From positions 1 through 51,207 of the forward strand of contig JAEZGQ010000072.1 of NCBI GenBank assembly GCA_023416895.1: 51,207 bases of DNA, read 5' to 3'. Below, piece by piece: positions 35,131 through 44,106 of this stretch. Under the pieces are notes generated by a model. The model saw only the letters and a list, made by a program, of their open reading frames with translations. It made no database searches and had not been told where the DNA came from. This stretch comes from Bacillota bacterium. GTDB lineage: Bacteria > Bacillota > Clostridia > Christensenellales > CAG-138. A program made the position numbers and the translations under genes. How positions within the stretch are numbered: the first letter of the stretch is position 1; every line of letters starts with the position of its first letter.

Positions 35131-35985
35131 CTATTTGAGCTTGATGTAAATAAGCTGAGAGCCGTTCTCGTTGGTGCGAACGCTCTTAATTTCAAAAAGC
35201 CCAAGCGATTTGATAAAGGGCGTAAGCTTGGGATAGCCGAAGTTTCGCACGTCAAAATCCGGGTAGCGCTTCACAAGAAGGCTGCCGATGGTACCGATGA
35301 ACATCCAATCGTCCTCGTCGGAGTTTTCCGCAACGATAAGCTTGATGGCCTCCTTGATGGTTTCAAGGTCGGTCTGCGGCTCGGAAGCATCGGGCCTTTG
35401 GAAGTCGGAAGGGCCGCAGGGCTTGAATTCCTCCACCTTCGCGGCGGGCAGCACAGCCTGCGCCGCTTTTGGCTGGCTTTTTTGTTCCTTCGGCTTTTCC
35501 TGTTGCTTGCGTTCCTCCTGCTTTTTCACGCCCCCCGCCTTGCGCTCGGCGGCGGTGAGAATGTCGAGGTATTTGAACAGGTTGCACGCAGAAATAAAGG
35601 ATTTCGGGGTTTTCTTTTCCCCCATACCCACAACCATCATGCCGGATTCGCGAAGCCTTGCGGCGAGGCGCGTAAAGTCGCTGTCGGACGATACGATGCA
35701 GAACCCGTCCACTTGACCGGAATAGAGTATGTCCATCGCGTCGATGATCATCGCCGAGTCGGTGGAGTTTTTGCCGGTGGTGTAGTTGTACTGCTGAATG
35801 GGCAAAATGGAGTTGTCCAAAAGCACGTTTTTCCACGACACGAGTGTAGGCTTTGTCCAATCCCCATAAATGCGCTTATAGGTGGCAATGCCATCCTTCG
35901 AGATTTCGTCGAGAATCACCTTAATGTATTTATCGGACACGTTATCCGCATCCACAAGCACCGCGAATTTCTTTTCGCTTGCCAT
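35131..35985 (-). CDS. NYN (LabA-like) domain protein with a K/E/Q-rich linker and a C-terminal OST-HTH/LOTUS domain
   Basis: FAVLVDADNVS...IYGDW...NSTDSAMIIDAMD...FCIVSSDSDFTRLAARLRESG is the NYN/LabA pattern. The C-terminus WMFIGTIGSLLVKRYPDFDVRNFGYPKLTPFIKSLGLFEI is the OST-HTH pattern. The start was trimmed to ATG 35985 (GGGGGG SD). Confidence 0.7.
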   Translation of the reverse strand: MASEKKFAVLVDADNVSDKYIKVILDEISKDGIATYKRIYGDWTKPTLVSWKNVLLDNSILPIQQYNYTTGKNSTDSAMIIDAMDILYSGQVDGFCIVSSDSDFTRLAARLRESGMMVVGMGEKKTPKSFISACNLFKYLDILTAAERKAGGVKKQEERKQQEKPKEQKSQPKAAQAVLPAAKVEEFKPCGPSDFQRPDASEPQTDLETIKEAIKLIVAENSDEDDWMFIGTIGSLLVKRYPDFDVRNFGYPKLTPFIKSLGLFEIKSVRTNENGSQLIYIKLK

Positions 35986-36030
35986 AATACCCCCCTTTGG
36001 CGGCCGTGCCGCAAACATTTACTGAATTTA

Positions 36031-36057
36031 AGTATAACATATTTCTATCACTTGCAA
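36031..36057 (-). promoter_or_regulatory. Possible extended -10 promoter for the NYN/LOTUS gene
   Basis: On the minus strand the -10 reads TGtTATACT (36031..36036) and a TTGCAA lies at 36052..36057. The spacer is only 15 nt. Confidence 0.35.
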
Positions 36058-36190
36058 ACCCCCGCGCTCAGGAACGCTTTTCAACGAGCGCACGCACGTC
36101 CTCAAAAAGCTCGAGCCCGATCTCGAGCGACGGCGCTTCCCATTCCGCACGCGTCGGCGAACCGTGGCAAGCCGATGCGCGTTGCTTAAA

Positions 36191-37417
36191 CTATAGCTCC
36201 CCCATTTTTCTCAAAAGCATTGCCCGTGCCGTTTCCAGCGAATCCACACCGGTTCTGTTTTTGATGGGCGCGAATTCCTCTTCGCGGTTGATTTCATACG
36301 GCAAGCATGTTTCCATGTACTCGATCATGTCGAGGATCAGCGTTTCAAATTTGTAGGCGTTCGGTTGATCGGGTTTTACAAAAGCACCGTGCTCGTCCAT
36401 ATACGGAACCTTCTTTTGGGCCACATGAACGGGGAGTGGCATGTGAAGCGTAGCTTCCAGCCGTGCAACGGAGAAAAGATAGTTCAGCGTTACGCCGTAA
36501 TCATAAATGGGCTTCCCTTCGTCATCAACAGCTGTTTTCATTTCCTCGGAGAGCTCGTAATATTCAACAACGGAGGGTTTTCCGTTACGCAGACATATCG
36601 CGCCCACCTTTTCGTCGGGCGAGCACTTTTTCACCACCTTCGCCCCGCATGCGTAGCCGGACGCAATGGTAGCCCCGATAAAAACAGGATCGTAAGTTTT
36701 TTGAAGTACGTTATCTACGGAAACGACGTTCAGCCATTTCATTTTACCGTCTCTTACAAATTGCGCGCTGTCCGAAGCCATCAGGGATTCGTACCACCCA
36801 CCGTTTCCCGAAGGTGCCATGCATGGCTGCCACGGGCTTTTCATGAGGATTTTCCCCTTTTTATCAACTGCGGGGTTCATGTCCTGCGGGTAAAAATGCA
36901 AGTACCGCGCATTGAAGCCAAAATTGTTATACAGGGAAAAGAACCGCACCACTTCATCATGGCTGCTCTCATTGGTCATGATGAACAAGTGGAGCAATGC
37001 GCCGCACTCCTCCATCCTTTTTCTGGCGTTTTCCGCATGGATTTGAAAAATGGGTATGTTCCTTTTTATGCCTATGTCAAACATACCCTTGGGTTTGTCA
37101 GAACCAAGCCGCGTTCCTTGTCCGCCCGCGAGAATCACCGCGCCGACTTCGCCGTTTTGGAGTGAATTCAGGCCAAGCTCGTAAAAGTGTGTTTTTCTAC
37201 GCTCGATTTCCCGCAGCGATAAAACCTTCATCGGGGCTATCAAATCGACTGCGTTTTTCTTCCCGACTGCAAAAAACGCCTTTTGCAGCTTTGCGAAGTC
37301 AATACGGCGAATCGTATTGAGCATCTCGGCCTTTTGGTTTTCGTTAAGCGCTTCAAAATACCGAAGCAAATGCGCTTGGCCGTGCTTCTCCAAAAGCTCC
37401 CTTGCCGTTTCTTCCAT
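36191..37417 (-). CDS. UDPGP-family (eukaryote-type UAP1-like) UDP-sugar / UDP-N-acetylhexosamine pyrophosphorylase
   Basis: N-terminal HGQAHLLRYFEAL is followed by ILAGGQGTRLGSDKPKGMF (nucleotide-binding loop) and PSGNGGWY. The protein is 408 aa. The substrate cannot be assigned from sequence. Confidence 0.7.
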   Translation of the reverse strand: MEETARELLEKHGQAHLLRYFEALNENQKAEMLNTIRRIDFAKLQKAFFAVGKKNAVDLIAPMKVLSLREIERRKTHFYELGLNSLQNGEVGAVILAGGQGTRLGSDKPKGMFDIGIKRNIPIFQIHAENARKRMEECGALLHLFIMTNESSHDEVVRFFSLYNNFGFNARYLHFYPQDMNPAVDKKGKILMKSPWQPCMAPSGNGGWYESLMASDSAQFVRDGKMKWLNVVSVDNVLQKTYDPVFIGATIASGYACGAKVVKKCSPDEKVGAICLRNGKPSVVEYYELSEEMKTAVDDEGKPIYDYGVTLNYLFSVARLEATLHMPLPVHVAQKKVPYMDEHGAFVKPDQPNAYKFETLILDMIEYMETCLPYEINREEEFAPIKNRTGVDSLETARAMLLRKMGEL

Positions 37418-37444
37418 AGGCGATGCCCCTTGCTTTCAACTCTT

Positions 37445-37480
37445 TACACAAGAACCGGCGGTTAGTCAGCCGCCGGTTCT
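37445..37480 (-). terminator. Hairpin after glyA (terminator with a poor U-tract)
   Basis: A perfect 11-bp stem pairs AGAACCGGCGG (37451..37461) with CCGCCGGTTCT (37470..37480). The minus-strand tail is TGTGTAAAG. Confidence 0.45.
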
Positions 37481-37503
37481 TGATTTTGAAATGCTATTTG
37501 CTT

Positions 37504-38742
37504 TTACTCGTACAGCGGGAATTTTTTGGTCATCTCGATGACCTGCTCCTTCACCGCAGGCACGGCTTGTTCGCCGCGCTCGATGATATCATTCAAAAGG
37601 CCACCGATCGTCTGCATTTCCGCTTCCTTCAGGCCGCGCGTTGTGACCGCGGGCGTGCCGATGCGGATGCCGCTCGTAACAAAGGGGCTTCTGGTTTCAA
37701 AGGGGATGGTGTTTTTGTTGACGGTGATGTTCGCCTGATCGAGCATGGCCTCCACTTCCTTGCCGGTGCGGCCGGAGGCGGTAAGATCAACAAGCATGAG
37801 GTGGTTGTCGGTGCCGCCCGAAACGAGGCGCACGCCGCTTTGCACAAGCGACTTCGAAAGCGCCTGCGCATTTTGAACAACCTGATGCTGGTAGGCTTTG
37901 AATTCAGGCCGCATGGCCTCATCAAAACATATGGCCTTAGCGGCGATGATGTGCATGAGCGGGCCGCCCTGCGTGCCGGGGAAAATGCCCTTGTCGATCG
38001 CCTTAGCAAGCTCCTCGCGGCACAGGATAAGGCCGCCGCGCGGGCCGCGCAGGGTTTTGTGTGTGGTGGAGGTAACAACGTCCGCATACGGCACGGGGTT
38101 CATGTGCTCGCCTGCTGCGACGAGGCCCGCGATGTGCGCCATGTCTACCATCAGGTACGCGCCCACCTCTTTGGCGATTTCCGACATGCGCCGAAAATCG
38201 ATGGCGCGGGGATAGGCGCTTGCGCCGGCGACGATCATTTTCGGCTTGTTTTCAAGTGCGAGCTCGCGCAGCTTATCATAATCGATCTGCTCGTCCTTCT
38301 CGCTCACGCCATAAGGGATAATTTTAAAATACTTGCCGGACATGTTCACGGGGCTTCCGTGGGTGAGATGCCCGCCATGGGAAAGGTTCATACCAAGAAC
38401 GGTATCGCCGTACTCAAGGAGCGAAAAATACACAGCGAGGTTGGCCTGCGCGCCCGAATGGGGCTGTACATTGGCATGCTCCGCACCGAACAGGCGCTTT
38501 GCGCGCTCGCGGGCGAGGTCTTCCACGACGTCTACACACTCGCAGCCGCCGTAGTAACGTTTGCCGGGATAGCCTTCGGCATATTTGTTGGTAAGATGGC
38601 TCCCCATGGCGGCCATGACTGCCTCCGACACGAAGTTTTCGGAAGCGATAAGCTCCAGATGGTCGCGCTGGCGGGAAAGCTCCTTTTCCATGGCAGAAGC
38701 AACTTCCGGATCAACTTTGCGGATAAGATCGAACTGAATCAT
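37504..38742 (-). CDS. glyA: Serine hydroxymethyltransferase
   Basis: It has LELIASENF and [12 protein letters not shown] (the PLP lysine). ATG 38742 sits 5 nt after GGAGG; the track start is 38754. Confidence 0.95.
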   Translation of the reverse strand: MIQFDLIRKVDPEVASAMEKELSRQRDHLELIASENFVSEAVMAAMGSHLTNKYAEGYPGKRYYGGCECVDVVEDLARERAKRLFGAEHANVQPHSGAQANLAVYFSLLEYGDTVLGMNLSHGGHLTHGSPVNMSGKYFKIIPYGVSEKDEQIDYDKLRELALENKPKMIVAGASAYPRAIDFRRMSEIAKEVGAYLMVDMAHIAGLVAAGEHMNPVPYADVVTSTTHKTLRGPRGGLILCREELAKAIDKGIFPGTQGGPLMHIIAAKAICFDEAMRPEFKAYQHQVVQNAQALSKSLVQSGVRLVSGGTDNHLMLVDLTASGRTGKEVEAMLDQANITVNKNTIPFETRSPFVTSGIRIGTPAVTTRGLKEAEMQTIGGLLNDIIERGEQAVPAVKEQVIEMTKKFPLYE

Positions 38743-38780
38743 GAGAACCTCCATGAGTAGAATTGCGTTGTTTCAGCTTC

Positions 38781-38809
38781 ATTATACGAAAAGGCGCGCC
38801 GGTTTTCAA
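38781..38809 (-). promoter_or_regulatory. Candidate glyA promoter embedded in the trxA terminator
   Basis: On the minus strand, -35 TTGAAA (38804..38809, in the terminator loop) and -10 TATAAT (38781..38786) are separated by a 17-nt spacer. Confidence 0.5.
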
Positions 38810-38821
38810 CCGCCGCGCCTT
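38787..38821 (-). terminator. Terminator after trxA
   Basis: AAGGCGCG (38791..38798) pairs with CGCGCCTT (38814..38821), with inner pairs. The minus-strand tail is TTTTCGTAT. Confidence 0.55.
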
Positions 38822-38842
38822 GTAAGCCTGTGATATATTCTT

Positions 38843-39166
38843 TTAGAGGTTATCGTTGAGGAATTCTGCGATAAGGTGCTTGGGGCGTGCGCCCACGAAG
38901 CGATCCGCCTCCTGCCCAGCTTTGAACAGGAACACTGCGGGGATGCTCTTCACGCCGTAGCGTGCGGCAACTTCGCCGTCTTCATCCACGTTTACCTTGC
39001 AGATTTTCACCTTGCCGTCGTACTCTTGGGCAAGCTCCTCAAGGGCGGGGCCGATCATGCGGCAGGGGCCGCACCAAGGCGCCCAGAAATCAACCAGCAC
39101 CGGAAGTTCGCTTTTCATAACCTCTGCGTCAAAGTTTGCGGTCGTCAAGTGTACCACTTCTGCCAT
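38843..39166 (-). CDS. trxA: Thioredoxin
   Basis: It has [13 protein letters not shown]. It is 107 aa from ATG 39166 (GGAGGG SD). The track extension to 39271 overlaps the aspS 3' end. Confidence 0.9.
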   Translation of the reverse strand: MAEVVHLTTANFDAEVMKSELPVLVDFWAPWCGPCRMIGPALEELAQEYDGKVKICKVNVDEDGEVAARYGVKSIPAVFLFKAGQEADRFVGARPKHLIAEFLNDNL

Positions 39167-39221
39167 GGGTATTCCCTCCGTTTCAAAATGTAATATCATG
39201 CGGCTCAAACCGCAAAGCGTT

Positions 39222-41009
39222 TTACTCTTCAGTGGAAATATGGAGTTCCTTGAGCTGTTTATCGTCCACAACGTCGGGCGCGTCGGTCATCAAACAGGCG
39301 GCAGTTTGCACCTTGGGGAAGGCGATTACGTCGCGGATGTTCGAGGTGCCGGTGATGAGCATCACAAGCCTATCTAAGCCAAACGCCATGCCGCCGTGCG
39401 GAGGCGTGCCGTACTTGAAGGCTTCCATCAAGAACCCGAAGCGCGACCACGCCTGCTCCTTGGTGAAGCCGAGCGTGCGGAACATTTTTTCCTGAAGCTC
39501 CGAAGAATGGATGCGGATGGAACCGCCGCCGACCTCGTTGCCGTTCAACACCATATCGTAAGCCTTGGCGCGCACCTTGCCGGGGTCTGTGTCCATCAGA
39601 TCAAGGTCTTCGTCCTTGGGGCTTGTAAACGGGTGGTGCATGGCGACGTAACGGTTTTCCTCTTCATCGTACTCGAGAAGCGGGAAATCCACAACCCACA
39701 AAAGGTTGAACTTTTTATCGTCCATAAGTCCAAGCCGCCTGCCGACCTCAAGGCGCAGCGCGCCCAAAGCCGTGCAGGTAACGAGGTCTTTCGCGTCCGC
39801 GATGAAGAACACGATGTCGCCCGTTTTGGCGTTCACGCGCTCGACGAGGGTTTTCATCTGCTCCGGAGTGAAGAACTTCGCAAACGAGCACTGCATGCCG
39901 TCGGGCTTCATGCTCATCCATGCAAGACCCTTGGCGCGGTAGATTTTTACGTATTCTACAAGCTCATCGATCTGTTTGCGGGAGAACTTGTCCACGCCGC
40001 CTTCCACGTTGATGCAGCGCACGCTGCCGCCGTTTTCTACGGCATCCTTGAACGCGGCGAAGGAGCCTTCCTTCACGATGTCGCTCACGTTGATGAACTT
40101 CAAACCAAATCGGGTATCCGGCTTGTCAGAGCCATAGGTTTCCATGGCTTCCGCATAGGTCATGCGCTGCAAAGGCAACTGCACATCCACATCTAGGGTT
40201 TTCTTCAAAAGCGTTTGGATGAAGCCCTCGTTCATGGCGAGCACGTCATCCAAATCCACAAACGACATTTCAAGGTCGATCTGCGTGAATTCAGGCTGGC
40301 GGTCGGCACGAAGGTCCTCGTCGCGGAAGCAGCGGGCGATTTGCATGTAGCGGTCGAAGCCCGAAAGCATCAAAAGCTGCTTGTACTGCTGCGGGCTTTG
40401 CGGCAGCGCGTAGAATTTGCCCGGATGCACGCGGCTTGGCACAAGGTAGTCGCGCGCGCCCTCGGGTGTGCTTTTGCAAAGAATTGGGGTTTCGATCTCC
40501 AAAAAGCCGTTTTTGGAATAGTATTCGCGGATGACCTGCATCATCTCGTGGCGCTTCATGATGATTTTTTGCATCGACGGACGGCGCAGATCGAGGTAGC
40601 GGTACTTAAGGCGAACCTGCTCCTGCGTGTTGAGGTTGTCTTCGATGTAGATGGGCGGCGTTTGCGCCTTGGAGAGGATTTTCAAATCCGTGGCGTGCAG
40701 TTCGTATTCGCCCGTCGCCATGTCCTTGTTGACCATTTCGGGCGCGCGGCGCGCCAAAACGCCCTTTACGGCAATTACGTATTCGCTACGAATGGATTCC
40801 CCAAGTTCAAACACGTTTTTCGGGGTGAAGCTTTCGTTGAACACCACCTGCATCACACCCGTGCGGTCGCGAAGGCCGATGAAGATGAGCGACCCCAAAT
40901 TGCGCCATGTACCGCTCCAACCCATCAAGAGCACTTCTTTTCCAACATCCTCGGCCTTAACGTCAGCACAATAGCTTGTACGCTTCCAGCCCTGCAACAG
41001 TTCCGCCAT
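39222..41009 (-). CDS. aspS: Aspartate--tRNA ligase
   Basis: The class IIb motifs [18 protein letters not shown] and GGGSIRIH are present, with GLDRLVM at the C-terminus. The protein is 595 aa and lies downstream of hisS. Confidence 0.95.
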   Translation of the reverse strand: MAELLQGWKRTSYCADVKAEDVGKEVLLMGWSGTWRNLGSLIFIGLRDRTGVMQVVFNESFTPKNVFELGESIRSEYVIAVKGVLARRAPEMVNKDMATGEYELHATDLKILSKAQTPPIYIEDNLNTQEQVRLKYRYLDLRRPSMQKIIMKRHEMMQVIREYYSKNGFLEIETPILCKSTPEGARDYLVPSRVHPGKFYALPQSPQQYKQLLMLSGFDRYMQIARCFRDEDLRADRQPEFTQIDLEMSFVDLDDVLAMNEGFIQTLLKKTLDVDVQLPLQRMTYAEAMETYGSDKPDTRFGLKFINVSDIVKEGSFAAFKDAVENGGSVRCINVEGGVDKFSRKQIDELVEYVKIYRAKGLAWMSMKPDGMQCSFAKFFTPEQMKTLVERVNAKTGDIVFFIADAKDLVTCTALGALRLEVGRRLGLMDDKKFNLLWVVDFPLLEYDEEENRYVAMHHPFTSPKDEDLDLMDTDPGKVRAKAYDMVLNGNEVGGGSIRIHSSELQEKMFRTLGFTKEQAWSRFGFLMEAFKYGTPPHGGMAFGLDRLVMLITGTSNIRDVIAFPKVQTAACLMTDAPDVVDDKQLKELHISTEE

Positions 41010-41088
41010 AGTAAAACTCCTCTGTTTTCTAAATTAAGGTAAACGGTTGGTCATTCCGTCCTACGGTATATCAAATTTGTGTACGCAG

Positions 41089-42357
41089 CTATTTGAGCAA
41101 TTCCGTAAGCGCACGCTCGACGGTGCCAAGTGCCGCCTCGGTTTCCGTTCCCGTATCCATGCGTTTCAGCTTTACAACGCCCTTTGAAAGCTCGTCTTCC
41201 CCGAGGATGGCAACGACTCTTGCCCCAAGCTTATCGGCATACTTGAACTGCGCCTTGAAGCTTCTCCCCACATGGTCGAACTCGGCTTTTACACCCGCGC
41301 CACGCAGGCGTTTTACAAGCCGGAAGCCCTCCGTGCGGGCGGCTTCGCCAAGCGCCGCAACGTATACGATGGGCGGCTCTTCCTTGGGCATTTGGGCCCC
41401 CTGAAGCTCGGCCACGAGCAAAAGCCGTTCCATGCCCATGCCAAAGCCCATGCCGCTCATTTTCGGCCCGCCAAGCTCCGCCATCAGCCCATCGTAGCGG
41501 CCTCCCCCGCATACGGTGCCGGTGTAGCCATTGCCGTCGGCGATGATCTCAAACACGGTTTTCGTGTAATAATCCAGGCCCCGCACGATGAACGGATCGA
41601 CCTCATAGGCGATTTCCGCCGCATCAAGGCAGCTTTTCAACTCCGCAAAGTGGCTGTTGCAATCGTCACACAGGCAGTCGAGGATACTCGGCGCACCCGC
41701 GGCGATTTTCTTGCAGCGCTCTTCCTTGCAGTCGAGAATGCGAAGGGGGTTCTTTTCAAAGCGCGTTTTGCAGGTATCGCAAAGCGCGTCGTAACTTTGG
41801 CGGAAATAGTCCTTGAGCTTTTCGTTGTACGCCGGGCGGCATACGGGGCAGCCGATGCTGTTGATGTTGAGGGAAAGCCCCTTAAGGCCCGCGCGGGAAA
41901 GCATGTCGAGCGCTAAGGAAATACACTCCGCATCCGCGCTTGCGCGGGGCGCGCCGTAAACCTCAACTCCAAACTGATGGTGCTCCCTGAACCTACCCGC
42001 CTGCGGTTTGTCGTAGCGAAAAACGGGGCAGTAAAGGTAATAAAGTTTTGTGGGTTGCGCCTCGTTGTAAAGGCCGCTTTCAAGAAACATGCGCGCCGCG
42101 CCCGCCGTACCCTCGGGCTTGAGGGTCACGGAGCGGCCTCCCTTATCGAGGAAGGTGTACATTTCCTTTTGCACGATGTCCGTGGTGTCGCCCACGCCGC
42201 GCAAAAAAAGCTCCGTATGCTCAAACACGGGCGTACGCACCTCGCGGAAGCCGTAAACCTCGCAAAGCTCGCGTGCGATGGCCTCAATGTGCTGCCACGC
42301 CTTGCTCTCGCCGGGAAGAACGTCTTTCGTGCCCTTTGGCGCCTGATAGGATGCCAT
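41089..42357 (-). CDS. hisS: Histidine--tRNA ligase
   Basis: It has GTKDVLPGES, YCPVFRYDKPQAGRFREHHQFGVE and GGGRYDGL. The protein is 422 aa and is preceded by a T-box leader. Confidence 0.95.
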   Translation of the reverse strand: MASYQAPKGTKDVLPGESKAWQHIEAIARELCEVYGFREVRTPVFEHTELFLRGVGDTTDIVQKEMYTFLDKGGRSVTLKPEGTAGAARMFLESGLYNEAQPTKLYYLYCPVFRYDKPQAGRFREHHQFGVEVYGAPRASADAECISLALDMLSRAGLKGLSLNINSIGCPVCRPAYNEKLKDYFRQSYDALCDTCKTRFEKNPLRILDCKEERCKKIAAGAPSILDCLCDDCNSHFAELKSCLDAAEIAYEVDPFIVRGLDYYTKTVFEIIADGNGYTGTVCGGGRYDGLMAELGGPKMSGMGFGMGMERLLLVAELQGAQMPKEEPPIVYVAALGEAARTEGFRLVKRLRGAGVKAEFDHVGRSFKAQFKYADKLGARVVAILGEDELSKGVVKLKRMDTGTETEAALGTVERALTELLK

Positions 42358-42387
42358 AAACTACCTCTTTCTGCTTTGGACGATGAT

Positions 42388-42630
42388 AAAGAAAAAGGCT
42401 TCGCGTCCTCCTAGGGACGGGAAACCCGCGGTGCCACCCTGCTTGAGCCTCAAAAGAAGGCTCCACTTAAGCCGCTAACGCCGGCATGCGCCACACCTTT
42501 TAACCCTTCGGTGCGGAGGCTCACGGTTGTCATGTTCGCGCGCTTTCCTGCTGCCGCGGCTCTCAGCTTTGCCTACGGCTCTCTTTTGCATCCGCGCGGT
42601 ACTTTTTCCGCTCAACGCCTGTTTGTTTCA
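42388..42630 (-). promoter_or_regulatory. T-box riboswitch leader of the hisS-aspS operon
   Basis: The minus strand contains AGAGAG and GCTGAGAG Stem-I elements. The T-box sequence AGGGTGGCACCGCGGG lies at 42421..42440. A terminator follows: GGTTTCCCGTCC...GGACGCGAAGCC (42397..42426) plus TTTTTCTTT. The hisS SD and ATG 42357 come next. Confidence 0.8.
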
Positions 42631-42634
42631 CCAA

Positions 42635-42664
42635 ATTATACACGCCCGAAACGGGGGTTGTCAA
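42635..42664 (-). promoter_or_regulatory. Near-consensus sigma-A promoter driving the T-box leader
   Basis: On the minus strand, -35 TTGACA (42659..42664) and -10 TATAAT (42635..42640) are separated by an 18-nt spacer. Confidence 0.7.
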
Positions 42665-42706
42665 TGCGAAGGGAGTGTGTTAAGACGCATTGCAAACGGC
42701 ATAGTA

Positions 42707-43408
42707 TTACGCTTTTTTCCGGAACACATCCACAACGTGATGGCTGATCCCTACCATATCCGCGCGTTCGCAGACAGCAAAATGGTAGCGAAGATACAGC
42801 GCGAACTCCTCGTCGCTCATCGCGTCGATCGTGCCGCGCATGTAATTTGTGAGAAGGTCGGTGGCGACATAGTGGAGCCGCTCCACCGAAAAGCTGCGCA
42901 TCAGGCGGTCGATGTCCTCCTTGCGGACAAGCTCGAAAATATCCTCCGGGGTGGAGAATGTGTCAAACGTAACGGGGTCGATCTTCCCGCGCGCAAGGTA
43001 CTCGCCCACATCGAACTTCCTTTGGAAAAAGCCGCTTGAAAAAAGGCTTGCGTCGCCGATGCAGTAGGACGCGAACACCACGCCGCCGGGCTTTGTTACC
43101 CGAAGCGCCTCTGAAATAGCCTTATGCTTGTCCTCCTCGGTATAAAGGTGGTACATCGGCCCAAGGAGCAGTGTCACATCGTAAGCATTCTCCGCAAACG
43201 CCGAAAGGTCGAGCGCATTGCCCTGCGTAACGCGTATTTGCTGCCGCGGTTTCAGGTGCTGTTTGAACACTTCGATGTTGCTTGAAAAAAGCTCCACCGC
43301 CTCCACCCGATACCCCCTATCGGCGATGGCGCGGCTGTAGCGCCCCGTTCCCGCGCCGATCTCGATCACGCGCGCATTCGGCGCCAAATATTTTTCAACA
43401 AAGCGCAT
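42707..43408 (-). CDS. Class I SAM-dependent methyltransferase
   Basis: VIEIGAGTGRYS is motif I, followed by VEAVEL and a conserved acidic/hydrophobic core. The N-terminus is unusually short (14 aa before motif I) and no SD precedes the ATG. Confidence 0.7.
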   Translation of the reverse strand: MRFVEKYLAPNARVIEIGAGTGRYSRAIADRGYRVEAVELFSSNIEVFKQHLKPRQQIRVTQGNALDLSAFAENAYDVTLLLGPMYHLYTEEDKHKAISEALRVTKPGGVVFASYCIGDASLFSSGFFQRKFDVGEYLARGKIDPVTFDTFSTPEDIFELVRKEDIDRLMRSFSVERLHYVATDLLTNYMRGTIDAMSDEEFALYLRYHFAVCERADMVGISHHVVDVFRKKA

Positions 43409-43456
43409 CGTGGTTAAAAATTCGACCTGTCCATGCTTTTCCTGAAGACGGCCTTC

Positions 43457-44068
43457 CTAATCGTAGCCTCCATAATAGGCCGCAAGCGGGTTTGGTTGCT
43501 TGTCGGAGCGAAGAAGAATGTACTTTTTGTCTTCAAATGTACGCGCAAGCTGTTTTGCATAAAACTCGCTTTCCTGCACAAACACAAAGCCGCATTTTTC
43601 TATGACGCGCCGCGAGCGGTCGTTCTCGGAAAAATGCCCGCAGGTAAACGCCTCGATGCCCAAGGTATGAAAACCGTAATCGATCGCCGCGCGCACGGCC
43701 TCCGTCATAAGTCCGCTTCCCCAATACTCTTTGGCGAGCACATAGCCAATTTCTTTGAGCTTTAAGCTTTGATACCGTTCGTCCTCATTTGCCCACGAGC
43801 GGTGAAGCCCAAGCGAGCCGATCACTTTTTGATCGGCCTTGTGGTAAAGAGCGAACACCTCTTTTTCTTCAAGAAACGATTTTAAGACGCGTGCGGAAGT
43901 TTCAACAGAGGTATGATGCGGCCAGCCCGCCGCCTCGCCAACGCCCGGAACCGAGGCGTACGCATAAAAATCCTCAAGATCGGACTCGACAAACGCCCGA
44001 AGAACAAGGCGCTCGGTTTCGATGACGATGTTTGATACATCTACTGGAACGTCCACAGCTGCCTCCAA
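43457..44068 (-). CDS. GNAT-family N-acetyltransferase (RimJ/RimL-like)
   Basis: TERLVLRAF...IGSLGLH...IGYVLAKEYWGSGLMTEAVRAAIDYGF is the GNAT acetyl-CoA binding pattern. Confidence 0.75.
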   Translation of the reverse strand: MEAAVDVPVDVSNIVIETERLVLRAFVESDLEDFYAYASVPGVGEAAGWPHHTSVETSARVLKSFLEEKEVFALYHKADQKVIGSLGLHRSWANEDERYQSLKLKEIGYVLAKEYWGSGLMTEAVRAAIDYGFHTLGIEAFTCGHFSENDRSRRVIEKCGFVFVQESEFYAKQLARTFEDKKYILLRSDKQPNPLAAYYGGYD

Positions 44069-44106
44069 AAAGTTGAATGTGAAGCCGAACCACGCGGCGC
44101 GAGCGG

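Noticed and set aside
36068-36190. A 40-codon in-frame open stretch after the TAG stop of the UDPGP-family gene (FKQRASACHGSPTRAEWEAPSLEIGLELFEDVRALVEKRS).
   Set aside because: It has no internal start codon, and 40 stop-free codons are not unusual at this GC content. TAG terminates several other genes in the window cleanly. A stop-codon read-through or reassignment idea is not supported.
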